From Hydrolagus affinis (taxonomy: Eukaryota), in contig JAAILG010001828.1 of the NCBI GenBank assembly GCA_012026655.1, positions 1 through 61,413 of the forward strand: DNA of 61,413 nucleotides. Direction: 5' to 3'. The notes under the pieces are model-generated. The model was not told the origin of the DNA, searched no databases, and saw only the letters and a program-made list of their open reading frames with translations. Shown here one piece after another: positions 12,266-24,986 of this stretch; positions within the stretch are counted from its first letter, which is position 1, and the number at the start of each line of letters is the position of its first letter. A program made the translations under genes and the position numbers.

Positions 12266-12959
12266 CTGGGGGTTTTCTTGAGGGTTAGGGTTGTTTAGTT
12301 TCACCTCAAAACCAAGAACAGGACCACACTTTGTAACCCAGCTCCAAACATCAAATGCAAGGATTATTATCTACTATTGCACATCGAATAGCAGAGCTCT
12401 CAGGTCCCGATTGACTGCTCAATTGACGATAATAAAAGTGATAATAATCCTTGCATTGATATCGTGCTTTATCGCATCTCAAAGCACTTCAAAGGGTTTA
12501 CTGCTAAGTGCAGTAGCTGCGCATTTTTGTTATCGAATGCGACAACCAACTTGCCTCCAGTTTCACAAACAGCCGCAGACATGCAGTTGCAGTCATGTCA
12601 TTCGTTCGAATAGCACGGACATATGTTTTATGCCTCCGATTGCTGGCTGGAGCTTTTGGCTGAGGCATGAGGATTAGCAAACGAGAGAATCTTGGCTTCC
12701 CCACTGAGACTTTGCTGGGATGCCAATTTGAATTCTATGTCAAAGTGGGGTTAATTCTGCTGATTGTATTGTCATTAGTTGCGTTCAGTTTTTGAGCCAA
12801 ATGTGTGCCATATGTGTGGTGGATGTACATGTAGCTTAGGAACCAAATCAAGATGACCAAAACTAATTTCTTACATTCAATCAGTTCAGGTCGGATTTGG
12901 TCATGATGCTTTTTATTAATCTGGTGCTAAATCAACAAGCTGGCATTCAAAAATTCAAA

Positions 12960-13238
12960 AGGAAATTGGTGCAGGAGAGAGGAAAAGGTATATTCCATTT
13001 GGTAGATTCATCCTAAAACTGGTAACGTTTCTCGCAGGGTTGTTGGAATGTGAAATGTATTCCCTCAGAACAGGAGAGCGCAGAATCAATTGAGGTACAG
13101 ATAGGGAGATAAGTACTCGGGAAGTCAGAATATTAAGGGCTTTTTGGAGAAAGCACGGGGAAATGGAATATAAAGTATGAAGCATTGCAATGATCTAATA
13201 AAATGCGCAATGGGCCAAAATAGCCAACTCATGTTTCC
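12960..13238 (+). mobile_element. Diverged CR1 3' end
   Basis: tttctcgcagggttgttggaatgtgaaatgtattccctcaga (FSQRVV..WN.LP-like), atattaagggc, atgggccaaaatagcc terminus. Confidence 0.7.
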
Positions 13239-14185
13239 GTTAATTAATTACAACATCAAGCTCCAGTCTCAGATCAAGATAGTTTCCACATACTTTAATA
13301 CTGCAAACAATTCCATTGGCTGAAAAAATACTAATGCAAGGTTTTAAAAAATCCCAGGGAAGCTTAATCAATCAAAATTAGCACTGTGCCCTCCTAACAC
13401 ACTCCGCACCAGCATGTTTTAATATGGAATTGGATAATTGATCTCTTTACTAATGTTTATTAATGAGAATTCCAACAGGTTTGTGCCTGAATGGGAGACT
13501 TGAACTGATTAAATCACCAGCCTGCATCTCATGCTTTAATCAGCTCCCTGTCCCCCCGTTCAAGCATAAAACAGGCCGAAACATTCATTATAATGTTAAT
13601 GAAGGGTACATTTTGGTCATCTTTCATTATTCAATTAATCTGTAATGGATGCTTCAAAGAAGATTGCTGCAAGCCTCCTAACAGACACTTGGTTTGTTCC
13701 GGTAGCTGTAGTTTTGGGGAGTCGTCTCCGTGTTCCAAACTCACTGTGGAGATGAATATGTGGAAACTCATTAATTGTGAAAGTTGTTGGGCGGAACATC
13801 TCACCAATCTCCGAGCGCCTTGGAGAAAACACAGTGGGATGCGAAATGCAGCTTTATTTATATGTATAGATATCCACGTTGACAGTACACTTGGTGTCTT
13901 TTATATCGATGGCTTCTATATTTAGGGGGGAAAAAAGCCTACTAATTATTAAAAGAACTGCAAATTACATTTGTTTATTGCCTTTCGCGTCGGGGAGAAC
14001 ATCCCAAGGCGTTGGACAGTCAAGAATTGTTTTAAGTCAAGGAAGGTTAAATGGCTGTTTTATTCAGTGTTTACCCTTGCTCAGCTTTCAACCTTGCCAC
14101 TTTGCAGCACTCGGAAATTACACTGCGCAAAGGCTGCTATATAAATGTTCACTGTTGTTGTTATTATCTGCGCAACCCCCTTTTG

Positions 14186-14516
14186 TAATAATAATTATAA
14201 TGCTTGCATTTTGTTATAGCGCTTTTCACGTCTTCCAGACGTCTCAAAGCGCTTCACAGAATACAGTGTAAAGTGAATTGACTGTACAATTGTGGATGAA
14301 ACACGGCAGCCGATTTGCACAGCAGTGTCCCACAAACAGCCATGGATTGAAATGACTGATTTACTATAGGGTTTTTTTTGGGGAGGGATTATTATTAGGT
14401 GCGTGTGTGGAGTAAGGAAACTCGCCCAAGGTTTCGTCCTGACCTGCCTGGATTCAAAACACAGGTCTCTCACGCTTGCAAGGCGAGTGCTCTAACCACT
14501 GAGCCACAGGAGCTCC
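14186..14516 (-). mobile_element. Full-length tRNA/Deu SINE
   Basis: Complete head, linker, Deu core and tail on the minus strand. Confidence 0.93.
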
Positions 14517-15020
14517 ACAATCCATAATCTATTGAAAAGGACATATTTATTATGCGAAAGAAACTCTCAACACTGCGTAAATCACAGTGCTTCACTGCGG
14601 TGTGCAGGTGTCATGGCAACACCAGCCATCTAATCCACTGGTACTCAACGCAGAAAATGCCAAATCACTCCATTTCCAGACAGCGTTTAGAAAAACATCC
14701 AGTTGCTTTTCATGCTATGGAATGAAATGCTATGTTATTTTCAAGTCATTCCCTTCCATGTTAAAACCGACAATTTTCTGAATGAAACTGTTATCGTAAC
14801 GGCTGATTAATATCAACAGGTTCATTCCTACACTCAAGAATAAACGGTCGGTCGGGGGTGGGAGGGGAAGAGGGCAGGAAGAGAGGAAGACAGCTGATCC
14901 TGAACAACCCCTCCACACCCCTGGTGAATTCACTGCATGGGCAGCAGCGTGTAATGGAGCCACTGTTCTGAAAGAAAGGCAACAAATGAATGCAAGTTGT
15001 TATTGTAGGAGTTGTAATAG

Positions 15021-15172
15021 AGCGTCATAAAAAGAGTTGCTTTTCGACCGCGCCTTCGGTCACCTTTTTCCCCCTGCCCCTGTCTCGGCCCCGGAATCCG
15101 TTTAGTGTGAAGCGTTCTGAGACGTCGCCCGGCGTGGAGGGCGTTATATAAATCAGAGTTGTTTTTGTTGTT
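15021..15172 (+). mobile_element. L2 LINE 3' end
   Basis: ttttcgaccgcgccttcggtcac (FDRAFGH), stem-loop tail and ttg repeats; homologous to 27070-27211. Confidence 0.88.
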
Positions 15173-15219
15173 ACTACAGAGTGCATTGCAAAACGTGAAA
15201 CGTGGTTCGCTCGCTTGCT

Positions 15220-15242
15220 CACGCACACACACACGCACACGC

Positions 15243-15272
<30 letters not shown>
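15220..15272. repeat. Compound (CA)n/(CACG) microsatellite
   Basis: Directly visible. Confidence 0.95.
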
Positions 15273-15273
<1 letters not shown>

Positions 15274-16264
15274 GCGGTGACTGTGACAGAAGTTATAATA
15301 AACTGAGCAGGTTGATCCCTGTTCTCGAGAGCGCTCTTGGCCTCGCAAGTGGATCTACCTCACTGGGAAAGTTCTCCCTCTTTCACCAACAGCGATTCAA
15401 TTGCAAAGCACTAGCAGCCAGCAAAATTCAGAACCATCCATTAAAGTGATACTAAAAAAGGTGTCACTTTGTACGCCGGGATAAATTGACTTGAAGGTGA
15501 TTGAAACGTTCAGACGTTACCTTGCACCATCGTCAGCTCCAATTCTCACATCCCCGATGCAAATGAGCAGCCCAGCCTCGATTAACATAACATTATTGAT
15601 GGGATCTAATGCACGATTCTCTACGTGTGTTCGTGTGGTTCTTTGGATCGGCAATAAACCCATTGCAAACTCGGACACAGACCCAACGTGTTCAACGATC
15701 TCCCAGCTTTTTCTCGACTTTGAATGTTAATGTCACAAAAGAGAGAACATTTCTCTCTCTCCTTCTCAAACACATTACAGGGATGAGACCAGAAACTTCT
15801 GCACTCCCTGCATGGGTTTTGGTGTGTGTGTTTTTTTGTTAAAACAAAATAGCTGCTCTTACAGTCTCCGGGTTATCTTGGCAGCCGTGACATTGGTTCA
15901 TTTCTTCGAGCCTTTGTTCCAAATTATGGTCCCTCGGTTGGAGAGTCCATTTATTCTTTTTTTGTTGAAAGCAGGAATGCAAGCAGACATCCAGATATAG
16001 AGACCCTGCCTTGGTTTGCGCTTCGGTGAGTTTCGCACTGAATGGATGGACATTCCTTTGCTGTGCGCTCATTCTTAATATCCTACATGTCATCTCACAC
16101 CATTATGAAATTAACCACACAGAACAAGCTGGGGACTCGGCCAATGATGGATGATTCAAATATAAGATACTGTGTCAAAGGCAAATGTAATTTCAGTTTT
16201 GATCTTCAGAATTGCTGGGACCCAAGGCAGGAGCTGGTCCCTGGAATATTCCATCATTGCAACT

Positions 16265-16658
16265 GTACATTTCACCCACAAAATACACACTCGATTCACT
16301 TCACAGTACATTGAGACCTGTGGTCGAATCCAGGCAGGTCGGGGTGAAACCTTTTGAAAAGTTTCCTTACTCCACACGCCTAATAATAATCCGTCCAAAA
16401 AAAAACACAGTAATAAAATTGGTCATTTCAATCCACGACTGTTTGTGGGGGACGCTGCTGTGCACAATTGGCTGCTGCGTTTCACCCATAAATATACCAT
16501 CAATCCATTTTACAGTATATTCTGTGAAGTGCTTTGAGACGTCGATAAGATGTGAAAAGCGCTATGTCAAATGCAAAAATTATTATTATTATTATATTGT
16601 GTGAAGCGCTTTGAAGACGTGATAAGGCAGTATATCAAATGCAAGGATTGTATTATTA
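16265..16658 (+). mobile_element. 5'-truncated SINE (16312-16595) nested in an older SINE 3' region
   Basis: Host tcacttcacagtacat is interrupted at tgagacctgtgg and resumes as gtgaagcgctttgaag after the (att)n tail. Confidence 0.85.
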
Positions 16659-17323
16659 TAGGAATGTATAGGATGGACACCAGAGCAGGTGTGTGTTAGC
16701 ATGTGCTCTAAAGCAAGTGTCCCTGTTCAGTAAATATGCGGAGGCTGTAGAATGACCAATCAAGATACAATGCGCTTGAATCACACTACTGCCTTGAAAA
16801 ACAGCATTAATATTTATGGAATATTTTGGACTGCAGATTTATTCACGACATCGATAAATCAGATAGCCCAGGAGAGATGAAGTCACAAGTGAGTTATTAG
16901 GACTTTTCTTACGTGAAATTAAACGTAGAATTTTGCAATTATCTGAGCTCCATGGACAATTAAATGATTTTTAGTCTAATCCCCGGCAAAAAAATTAATA
17001 TTTTCAGTGTGTCATGTGAGTTGCCTCTTTTACGTCTCCTAAAAAAATAGCGAGGTTGAAACAGGCTAGTTTTAACAGCTACCTACAGATTTATGATGAT
17101 TCTTCTGCTTATAATAATTTTTATCATGATTTTTTATTAGTAGCATTATGATCTTCCCCCTTAGATAAATTGTATTAAAACATTGATCGGAGCAATCAAC
17201 TCATGCCATATAAAGACTTGAAAAACAAGATGAGCAATAAATCCAGTGTGTTCCTGTACATTCCACTAATACCTTGCAGCAGCCATCGTCCCAAGACTCA
17301 AATGATTCTTATCGAGCATAATT

Positions 17324-17545
17324 GGATTCCTGTAGTTCAGGGCTTACAGCACTCGCCTCTCAAACGAGAGATCTGGGTTCAATTCCGGGGCAGGGCGAAA
17401 CACAGGGCACGTTTCCTTACTCCAAGGTAAGTAGGAACCCGTTTGTTAGTCGATTTTCTGAGGGTAATACTACCTTCAAAAAAAAATCTGGTCACTCAAT
17501 CCGTGGATGCTTGTGGGACATTATATCAAATGTAAGGGTTATTTG
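17324..17545 (+). mobile_element. Long-linker SINE subfamily copy with internal deletions
   Basis: Head ggattcctgtagttcag...gggttcaattccgggg; linker gtaagtaggaaccc shared with 60931-61289; ggtcactcaatcc variant. Confidence 0.78.
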
Positions 17546-18318
17546 TATCATGCATCTTTGTCTGTGTATTTCAAATCCACCTCACCTCGAATCTATCTCA
17601 AAGCTTGATCACAGTCTAAGAGCTACAATCAGTGAACTGAGATCTCTTTAGGCACTTCCCATAAGGTAGGTTAAAAAACCCGTTTCCATTTTGTTGTAAT
17701 ATCAATGATTCGGTGACAGAATAAGAGTTTATTTATACTGTACCGAGAAAGTGCACCATGATTTTGTGCAGTCCAAAGTAGGATAGGTAAAGAATGGTCT
17801 TTCGCACCTGATCTTTTTGTAGTTTGCAACAAACCCTGTGTTGCATGATATCACACAAATGTTTAACTCCATTTGTTCTGTATTTGTGCTGTGTGGAAAT
17901 GTGCCATTTTTAAGTTCGCTTACAGAGAAACCCACGCAAGGTAACGTTTCCTTTTCATTGTATCACTGTACCAGAAGTCATGTTCCTGCAGTTTAATGAA
18001 GGCTGTGCAGATTATGGCAGCCAGAGAAATCTGAATAACTCATTCCCATATATCTTTACGAACCAGACCGATACTATTAACGTGGTTTCCGCCATAGGGC
18101 AGAGACACAACACTGAGGAGAAAGTGAGATGCATGCTTGAGAGACCAGGAACTGATCTGAAATTAACATTTGACTGACAGTGTGTACAGACTGAATTATA
18201 ACATTCATCTTACTCGCCTCTCACTGCCACCATAATTCAATGATTGATAAGCATTATACACCCAACAGAACGGGGGTGGGAAATGAAATGAAATGAATAT
18301 TTTATCATAGAATATTGT

Positions 18319-18573
18319 GGAGTTCTGCAGCCCAGGCAGGGCGAAACCTTGGGCAAGTTTCCTCCTCCACACATCTGATAATAATCCCTAAAATATATAC
18401 ATATAATAAATTGGTCATTTCAATCCGTGATTGTTTGTGGGACACTGCTGTGCATAATTGGCTGCCACATTTCGCCCACATATACACAGTCAATTCATTC
18501 TGTGAAGCGCTTCAAGGAAGGCATGAAAAGCGCTATATATCAAATGCAAGGATCATTATTTATTATTATTATT
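18319..18573 (+). mobile_element. tRNA/Deu SINE with most of the tRNA head deleted
   Basis: ggagttctgcagc joined directly to ccaggcagggcgaaaccttgggcaag; body and tail intact. Confidence 0.88.
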
Positions 18574-19544
18574 ATGATAGAGAAGATTGAAATTCAGCGG
18601 GAAGGGGAACAGAAAAAGGTATGAGGTAGAAAAACATTAAGTAAGGCGAAAGCCACTTTCAATGGATGCTGAGGCAGTGAGTCTGGCTATATATAAATTT
18701 CTGATTCTATTGAGAGAAACTGAAATAAAGATGCATCAATATTATAAATGGATTAATCTCAGTATATATAATAATATAGTAATGCTCTGATGAATCGCTT
18801 TGCCAAGGGAAAAGAGCTCCGTGACAAACGATATGGCGAAGTGAGTTAGGCATATGTATAAATACATAAATAGATGTGGCCATCATATTGAGAGTCCGAT
18901 GACTTAGGTGGTAATGACAGATTAAACCAGGCTCGAGTTATCAGGAGTTGACTGTATGTGCAATATCCAACTAGCGATCTGATTCCCAAACACTGAGCCA
19001 GTTAACCTTCATTGTATGAAAAGCTAGTTGTAAACTCTGATCCCCAACACTCCATTCCATCAGTACAGTTCATTCCTTTCCACTTCCATTGAGGTGGAAT
19101 GCGTTCCTAGTGAATTCTATCAGTACAAAAATAAGACGCCTGGTGCCCCGGTGATATATCGTTTACCCACTGGGGTTGGAGGTGGGCAACATGTTAAACG
19201 TGCAAGTTTGTTGTTGCCAAATCGGATTTCTTACTGTATAATTCTACAATCAACTGAATAATTGCTCTTCAGTAGAGATGCTACAAAACTGATTCTTCAG
19301 ATTGACCAGTTAAAATCTAATCCTGTCCAAGGCAAGCTTACCCCACAATTATTAGACGACAGCCCAGACAGTTTTTACTCTTGCCCACGCCCTATAGTTA
19401 GTTAGGAAGCAGAACTCTGGCATTCAGACCTGGTTAATTTATCGATATCCTACATCTGCCATCGCCCATAACTTCAGCCCCTGTAGCCTCAGTCCGGCAA
19501 AGGCCTCCCCCTCCTCCCCTCCCCCTCCACCCCCACTCAGATTT

Positions 19545-19682
19545 GTGCACAATTGACTGCCGGGTTTCGCCCAGAAATATACAGTCAATTCAGTTTACAG
19601 TACATTCTGTGAGGCGTTTTGAGAAGCCTAGAAGACATGAAAAGCGCTATGTCAAAATGCAAGGATTATTATCATTATTATT
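19545..19682 (+). mobile_element. SINE 3' fragment
   Basis: gtgcacaattgactgccggg through the tail. Confidence 0.85.
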
Positions 19683-20764
19683 ACAGTATTGAGCCTTCAA
19701 TGTTAACAAGTTACTGGAATAATCAAGGATCTCTCTTCACCCACCGATTCACAATTCATAATCCTGATGACATGAGGGGTTCATCGGTTGGTTTCTGTTA
19801 GGGTTTAGATTCAGGAGTTATTTGAGAATGTATTGAATTTCCTTGACATTGCACTGAAAAATGGATTCAGTTCCTGAAGCGTGCACTAACTTCATGCTGG
19901 TGAGGGTGGTGGGTGGCGGAGGAAGGAGATGTTTGAATACTGAGCAGTGTGACACACACACAGATGGTGAGTAATCTGTGGGAGAATTCATTTCTAAGAC
20001 ATGATTTCCAAGCGAGCTTAGCGTACTCATCCGAAACCGTTACAAAGTGAAGTTTCACAAATATTGCATGTACGCTCTCCTCGTGATTGTTGTCCACAAC
20101 TCCTTTTCATATTGTGCCGCAAGAGTTTTACGATCAGGGTTTACTTACTTGCAAAATTCCAGGACAATTTGCTTTAAAAATCCAGTTGATTCATAATACT
20201 GTAATAATAAGAATAATCTTTCCATTTGATATAATCCCTTTCAACACTCAAAGTGTTTCACAGGGAGATATTCTGTATTTTGTTGTTAAAATTGGCTTGC
20301 AAATATTCCTTTAACAGACGAAAAAGGAAAAAAAAACCTCAACACAATCTTCGCATGTAGATACATTTGATTGGGAAACAAGTACAGTACATTTCAAAAC
20401 AGGAGTTACTGTTGTGGGTAATAAAGTGGTGACATGAAGATTCCCTTTAGGGCTTCAAGAAATGTAGTGGTGGGTGGGGGGGGGTTTCTCTCTCTGATAA
20501 TTGTTGAATTAATGTTACTGTTTTCTGGCTACATCTTGCATTGCCTTAAGTGGCTGGTTCGACTGAACTTCGAACTCACAGCCCCAGGTGACACTGCGCT
20601 GTCAGAGGTTCTGTGCTTTGGATGAGCCGTCAAAGCAAGGTCACCTCTGCCTTAACTGCAAGGCGGATGTCATTTGGCGGATTAAAAAAAGGACATTTTG
20701 CAAGCGATAAAAAACACACACAGAGATTTCAAATGCGGACTTTAAGATAGAGATTAAGATTTGC

Positions 20765-20953
20765 AATAAAATTGGTCATTTCAATCCATGACTGTTTGTG
20801 GGGAACGCTGCTGTGCGCAAATTGGCTACCACGTTTTGCCCACAAATATACAGTCAATTCACTTTACAATATATAACATGTGAAGCGCTTTGAGTCGTCT
20901 GTCTAGAAGACGTGAAAAGCGCCATAAAAAATGCAAGAATTATTATTATTATT
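20765..20953 (+). mobile_element. SINE 3' half
   Basis: aataaaattggtcatttcaatcc through the tail; an older Deu 5' piece lies at about 20575-20655 (ctgtcagagg...tttggatgagccgtcaaa). Confidence 0.88.
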
Positions 20954-21799
20954 GTTAAACCTGCTCACTTTCTGCTCTGCACTATTTTTCCCCAATTCTG
21001 ACCCAGGAATGCATCTGGCAGCAGTACAATTTGGCTGCCAACCAAATCCAGATAAAAAAGAAGCTACTTTAATGTGATTAATGGCCAGGAAATGAGCCTC
21101 TTAAATTTTAGAAGCAAATCAGCTTTGTTTGTTTTTTAGTGGGGGGGCAAAAATAATATTTATCCACATGTTTATCACAACTTGGTACAGTTGTTCCTTT
21201 TTATTGGCCCATTGCCTGATATACATTGGGAACAGAAGCTGCTTTTCGATCGCAAAGCCTGTACAATGTAGGTGCAATATTACTGTCCCGTTGCCTAGTC
21301 AGTATATGAATTAGCACTTGAATTCATGATGCAAGGCAGCTCCCTAGTCATGATTGCAATTCAGTCCAAGGTTCTCTGGTTTGCAGACACCAATCTTTGT
21401 AACATGTACACTGACGGAAGATAGATAGCCTATCATTGCCTGCAGGGGGACGCCTGAGAACCCCCCCACCCCACCCACTGGTAATTCCAGAACTGTTGGG
21501 AGAATCATCTACTTTTAACACCACTCCACTTGTCAACCACACAATTACATTTTGTGTAGCACCTTTTACGTCGGGAAGAGTTCCGAAAGCTCTGGGTAGT
21601 CAGGGTTAAGGCTGTGATCAATGCCACTAACATATCAGACTGAAATTAAATGAATCGACGAGGGCTTTTCAAACAAAACGTTAAAATCGATCTATGTTCT
21701 GCCGAGGATGTTGAAACACCACTTACAACACGCACTTATTGTACTATCACTCTCAATGTATTTTGCAATTGCAAACTTCATTTGTATATTGCCTGTCAC

Positions 21800-21990
21800 A
21801 TATCAGGGTGACATCCCAAGGCGCTGGACAGCTAGGGATTTGTATGGAAACTGGGACTTCGTTTTCCGGAGGGCTGGAGAGCAGGGAGAGTAGCATTAGG
21901 AGGGTGAACAAAGAGGTTCTCGAGCTGTGCCTTGAAGGAGGTATGGGAGGTGGGGAGCCAGGTGAAGGAACTGTGGGATGGAGTTCCATG
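21800..21990 (-). mobile_element. Diverged L2 3' fragment
   Basis: catcccaaggcgctggacag tail, ccttgaaggagg, gggatggagttcca (reverse complement of WNSIP). Confidence 0.65.
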
Positions 21991-22614
21991 AATTGAAGAC
22001 AGTTTTCCATAAAGCTTCATTCACCGCCTTAAATTTGAAGACAGTATCGTTTCTAAGAACGTGAAGCATTTCATGTCTCTGGTGCCTTGTGGAAATCAAG
22101 ACTCAGTATTTATCATATGCCTTTTCCCACCAATTGTATTATATATACTGTACAGCATCCTCAAAGAACTGTAACAACGTTATTACTTATTGCTTGCTTT
22201 TTTCCAGACTCGTGTTGTGCTGGAATTTGTTTTTGGCTTCATTCGTTAAACGCTTTTTCTCACTACTGTACTGGACTCCAAAAGTTTACTGCCTGTGGTC
22301 GCTAACAGATTTATAATTCCCTGAACATGTTTTATAAACTTTTTTTTTAGAAAGAATATTAATATTCCGCTAGCTCCCTAGTGCTAAATGAGCGACAACC
22401 TCGTTACTTAAATTCCATTAGTTAGCTGCCTGTTTTCTTCATAAACTCAGACCCCACCCACCCTCCAGCTCCTAGCATCTCACCAATTACTTTCTGTTGG
22501 GAATAAAGTAAGGCTGTTAATTTTTCTAACAAAGTTGCCACTTCTGAGCACTTCCTTTCTTTAAAATATAATTTTAAATCGTAATTTTGAATCGTAAGCT
22601 TTTCACAGTCTAGG

Positions 22615-23160
22615 AGGCTGACACTTCAGGGCATTAATGGAGGAGCATTGCATTGTCAGAGGTCCCATCCTTTGGATGATAACTAATTCTTGCATTTGGT
22701 TTAGCGAGCGCCTCATCGCATCGTCAAGACGTCTCAAAGCATTTCGCAGGATGTTCTGTAAATGGTTGTGGACTTTCGTGGATTGGGTGGACGGCAAATA
22801 TGTACACAGACAGCAATGTCCCACAAACAGCCATGGACCGAGTGATTCCATTTTGTTTGGGGATTGTTGGCCAGGAGAATGACAAGACGTCAAACCGAGG
22901 TCCCAACCACCTGTTCGGGTAAGTGTCAAAGGCTCCGTGACACTATTTTCACCATCGGTAGAGGAGGGTTTCTCCCAGTTTCCTTGCCAACAATCAAACT
23001 GGTTAATTGTTTATTTGTTCCGTCAAATGGCTGTTTGCAGGGGTAAATTGCCTTGTCGGATTTGTCTGCAAATGTACTTTGACTGCACTTGACAGCAATT
23101 ACCTGGGAAGTGCTTTGAGACATTGACATTATAGACGCGATACCTAATGCAAGTATTGTT
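22615..23160 (+). mobile_element. Old full-Deu SINE containing an antisense SINE insertion (about 22680-22883)
   Basis: aggctgacacttcag...cattgtcagaggtcccatcctttggatga joins to agacgtcaaaccgaggtccc, then Deu body and tail gaagtgctttgagac...aatgcaag. Confidence 0.78.
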
Positions 23161-23654
23161 TAATTATTTATTTAAGGATCCTGGAGAATAAAACCATCGG
23201 CAAACCTTGCAATATTGTTCAATGCAATTGTGATAAATTTTTATTTCATTACTTTTATTTCACGTGACCTCCTCATTTACCTCAACGTTTCGATCTCCGT
23301 TGCCACAGTTTACGCCCTATGCTCAGTCTACGCTCTCGCCTCTAAAGCGGTGGTCGTGGAAGTAAAACTAGTCACACCAGCATTTAAACGAATAAATAAT
23401 AATTATAGCTGGAACTATTATGCAGACAAGCCAGGGGGATGTCAGTTAATTCTAATATTCATAATGCTAGGCAGATTTCTCTCCTAATGGCTCAGTTAGT
23501 GAATGCGAGATCCAATCTGTGCTGAGTTAAAGTGAATTTAGCCGAGACACAAGAGATTGGCAACAGTAGCCTGAAAATTCCGTTTGTGTTCCCTATTCAA
23601 CATCACCCCCCCCCCCCCCCCACCACACCAACCTGCCGACACCATCTTGTGTAT

Positions 23655-23825
23655 GTAGAGTCCCGTAGTGTACTGATTCAAGCACTTGCCCCACCAACAA
23701 GAGGACCCGGGTTCGATTCCTGGGCAGCACACAGTAACAATCCCTTTTTAAAAAAAAACCCCCACAAAGTTTGGGATTATAATTTGGTCATTCATTCCAC
23801 GACTGTTTGCGGGACGATGTTATGA
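23655..23825 (+). mobile_element. Diverged SINE head and partial body
   Basis: B box gggttcgattcc, then ggtcattcattccacgactgtttgcggg. Confidence 0.7.
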
Positions 23826-24343
23826 TTGTGATTATCACATAGCCCTCCTCCCCACCTTGAAATACACTAGTTTGTTGTCAGCCACTGTCGAGACTCGCTT
23901 GACGAATTGCCACCTGGTTTGTGGTGCCACAGGGCACACAACCCGCCTCAGGCTCTTAAATATTAAACAATCGCACAAAGTCTGGCCCAGTTTTATGGTT
24001 TTCCAGGCGTTCGGCTGAACTCTATTCCTAATTCCTTCTTTCCTGTATAATTTATCAAGTATAAATCCAACCCAATTATTCTTCCCAGCCTTATGCCATT
24101 ACATATCAGCACTGGCAGTAACTCAGCTGTCATTTCATTTACACCTCTTTCACGCAATCTGAAAAGGTTCTTTATTTCCAATTACCTTATGCCTATATCA
24201 ACTACAGGCCATTCAACACACAGAGTATCCGTCTGCATGATGGGATTTACTTTAAGACCACAAGCGCCGGGCAATGGGTAGCTGCAGGCACAGATTATTA
24301 TTATGGGGAGCAAAATATAGTTTCAGTCAAGAGTGAAGTCATC

Positions 24344-24890
24344 TTGGACATGAATATTGCATAACCGATAAAGAGGGGGAAAGGCAGAGAGAAGATTGGT
24401 TACTGAATAAGATCAGAATGACAATGTTGGAAAGCAAGGTACTGTATTGTGTAATAATAAATACTACTGCGAATAAATACATAGTGGAAATGTCCTCGCC
24501 AGAATGAAATAAGAAATAATAATACATCTGTAATAATACTAGGTGTCCATTAAACAATACAATGCAGATTTACATTTATATAGGTAACTCTATGTAGACA
24601 AAAAGATAATGGGAAAGCAAATGGATGAAGTTTGCAGAGAATCACATAGGTTGTACGGACGTAATAGTATTGTAATCATGGGACATTTCTGAGCTAAAAG
24701 TAGCTGGGAGAGGGGATGTAATGTGGTCAGAGAATCTATTTATTATTTTGCTTTCATAAATCAACTCATTACCAATACATCAGGAAAAAAGTGCTATATA
24801 TAAGGACCTAGTTTTTTTTTTAGCAGTGAACCAGGATAGGGATTGAAGGTTGGAGACACATTTGGAAGAATGAAACTTTTTTTAAAAACA
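24344..24890 (+). mobile_element. Decayed CR1 ORF2 AP-endonuclease domain
   Basis: Frameshifted motifs in the correct order: DKEG.R (RKDREG-like), IVIMGHF (IMGDFN), FINQLI, DLVF..SEPG, VGDTFG. Confidence 0.7.
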
Positions 24891-24986
24891 GTGTGGGAAT
24901 CAGAGACAAAATGACTTCATGACCTCCTGATATGGCTACGATTCTATGAACACAAACACAGCTGATTTACTGGATCAAAATAACTT

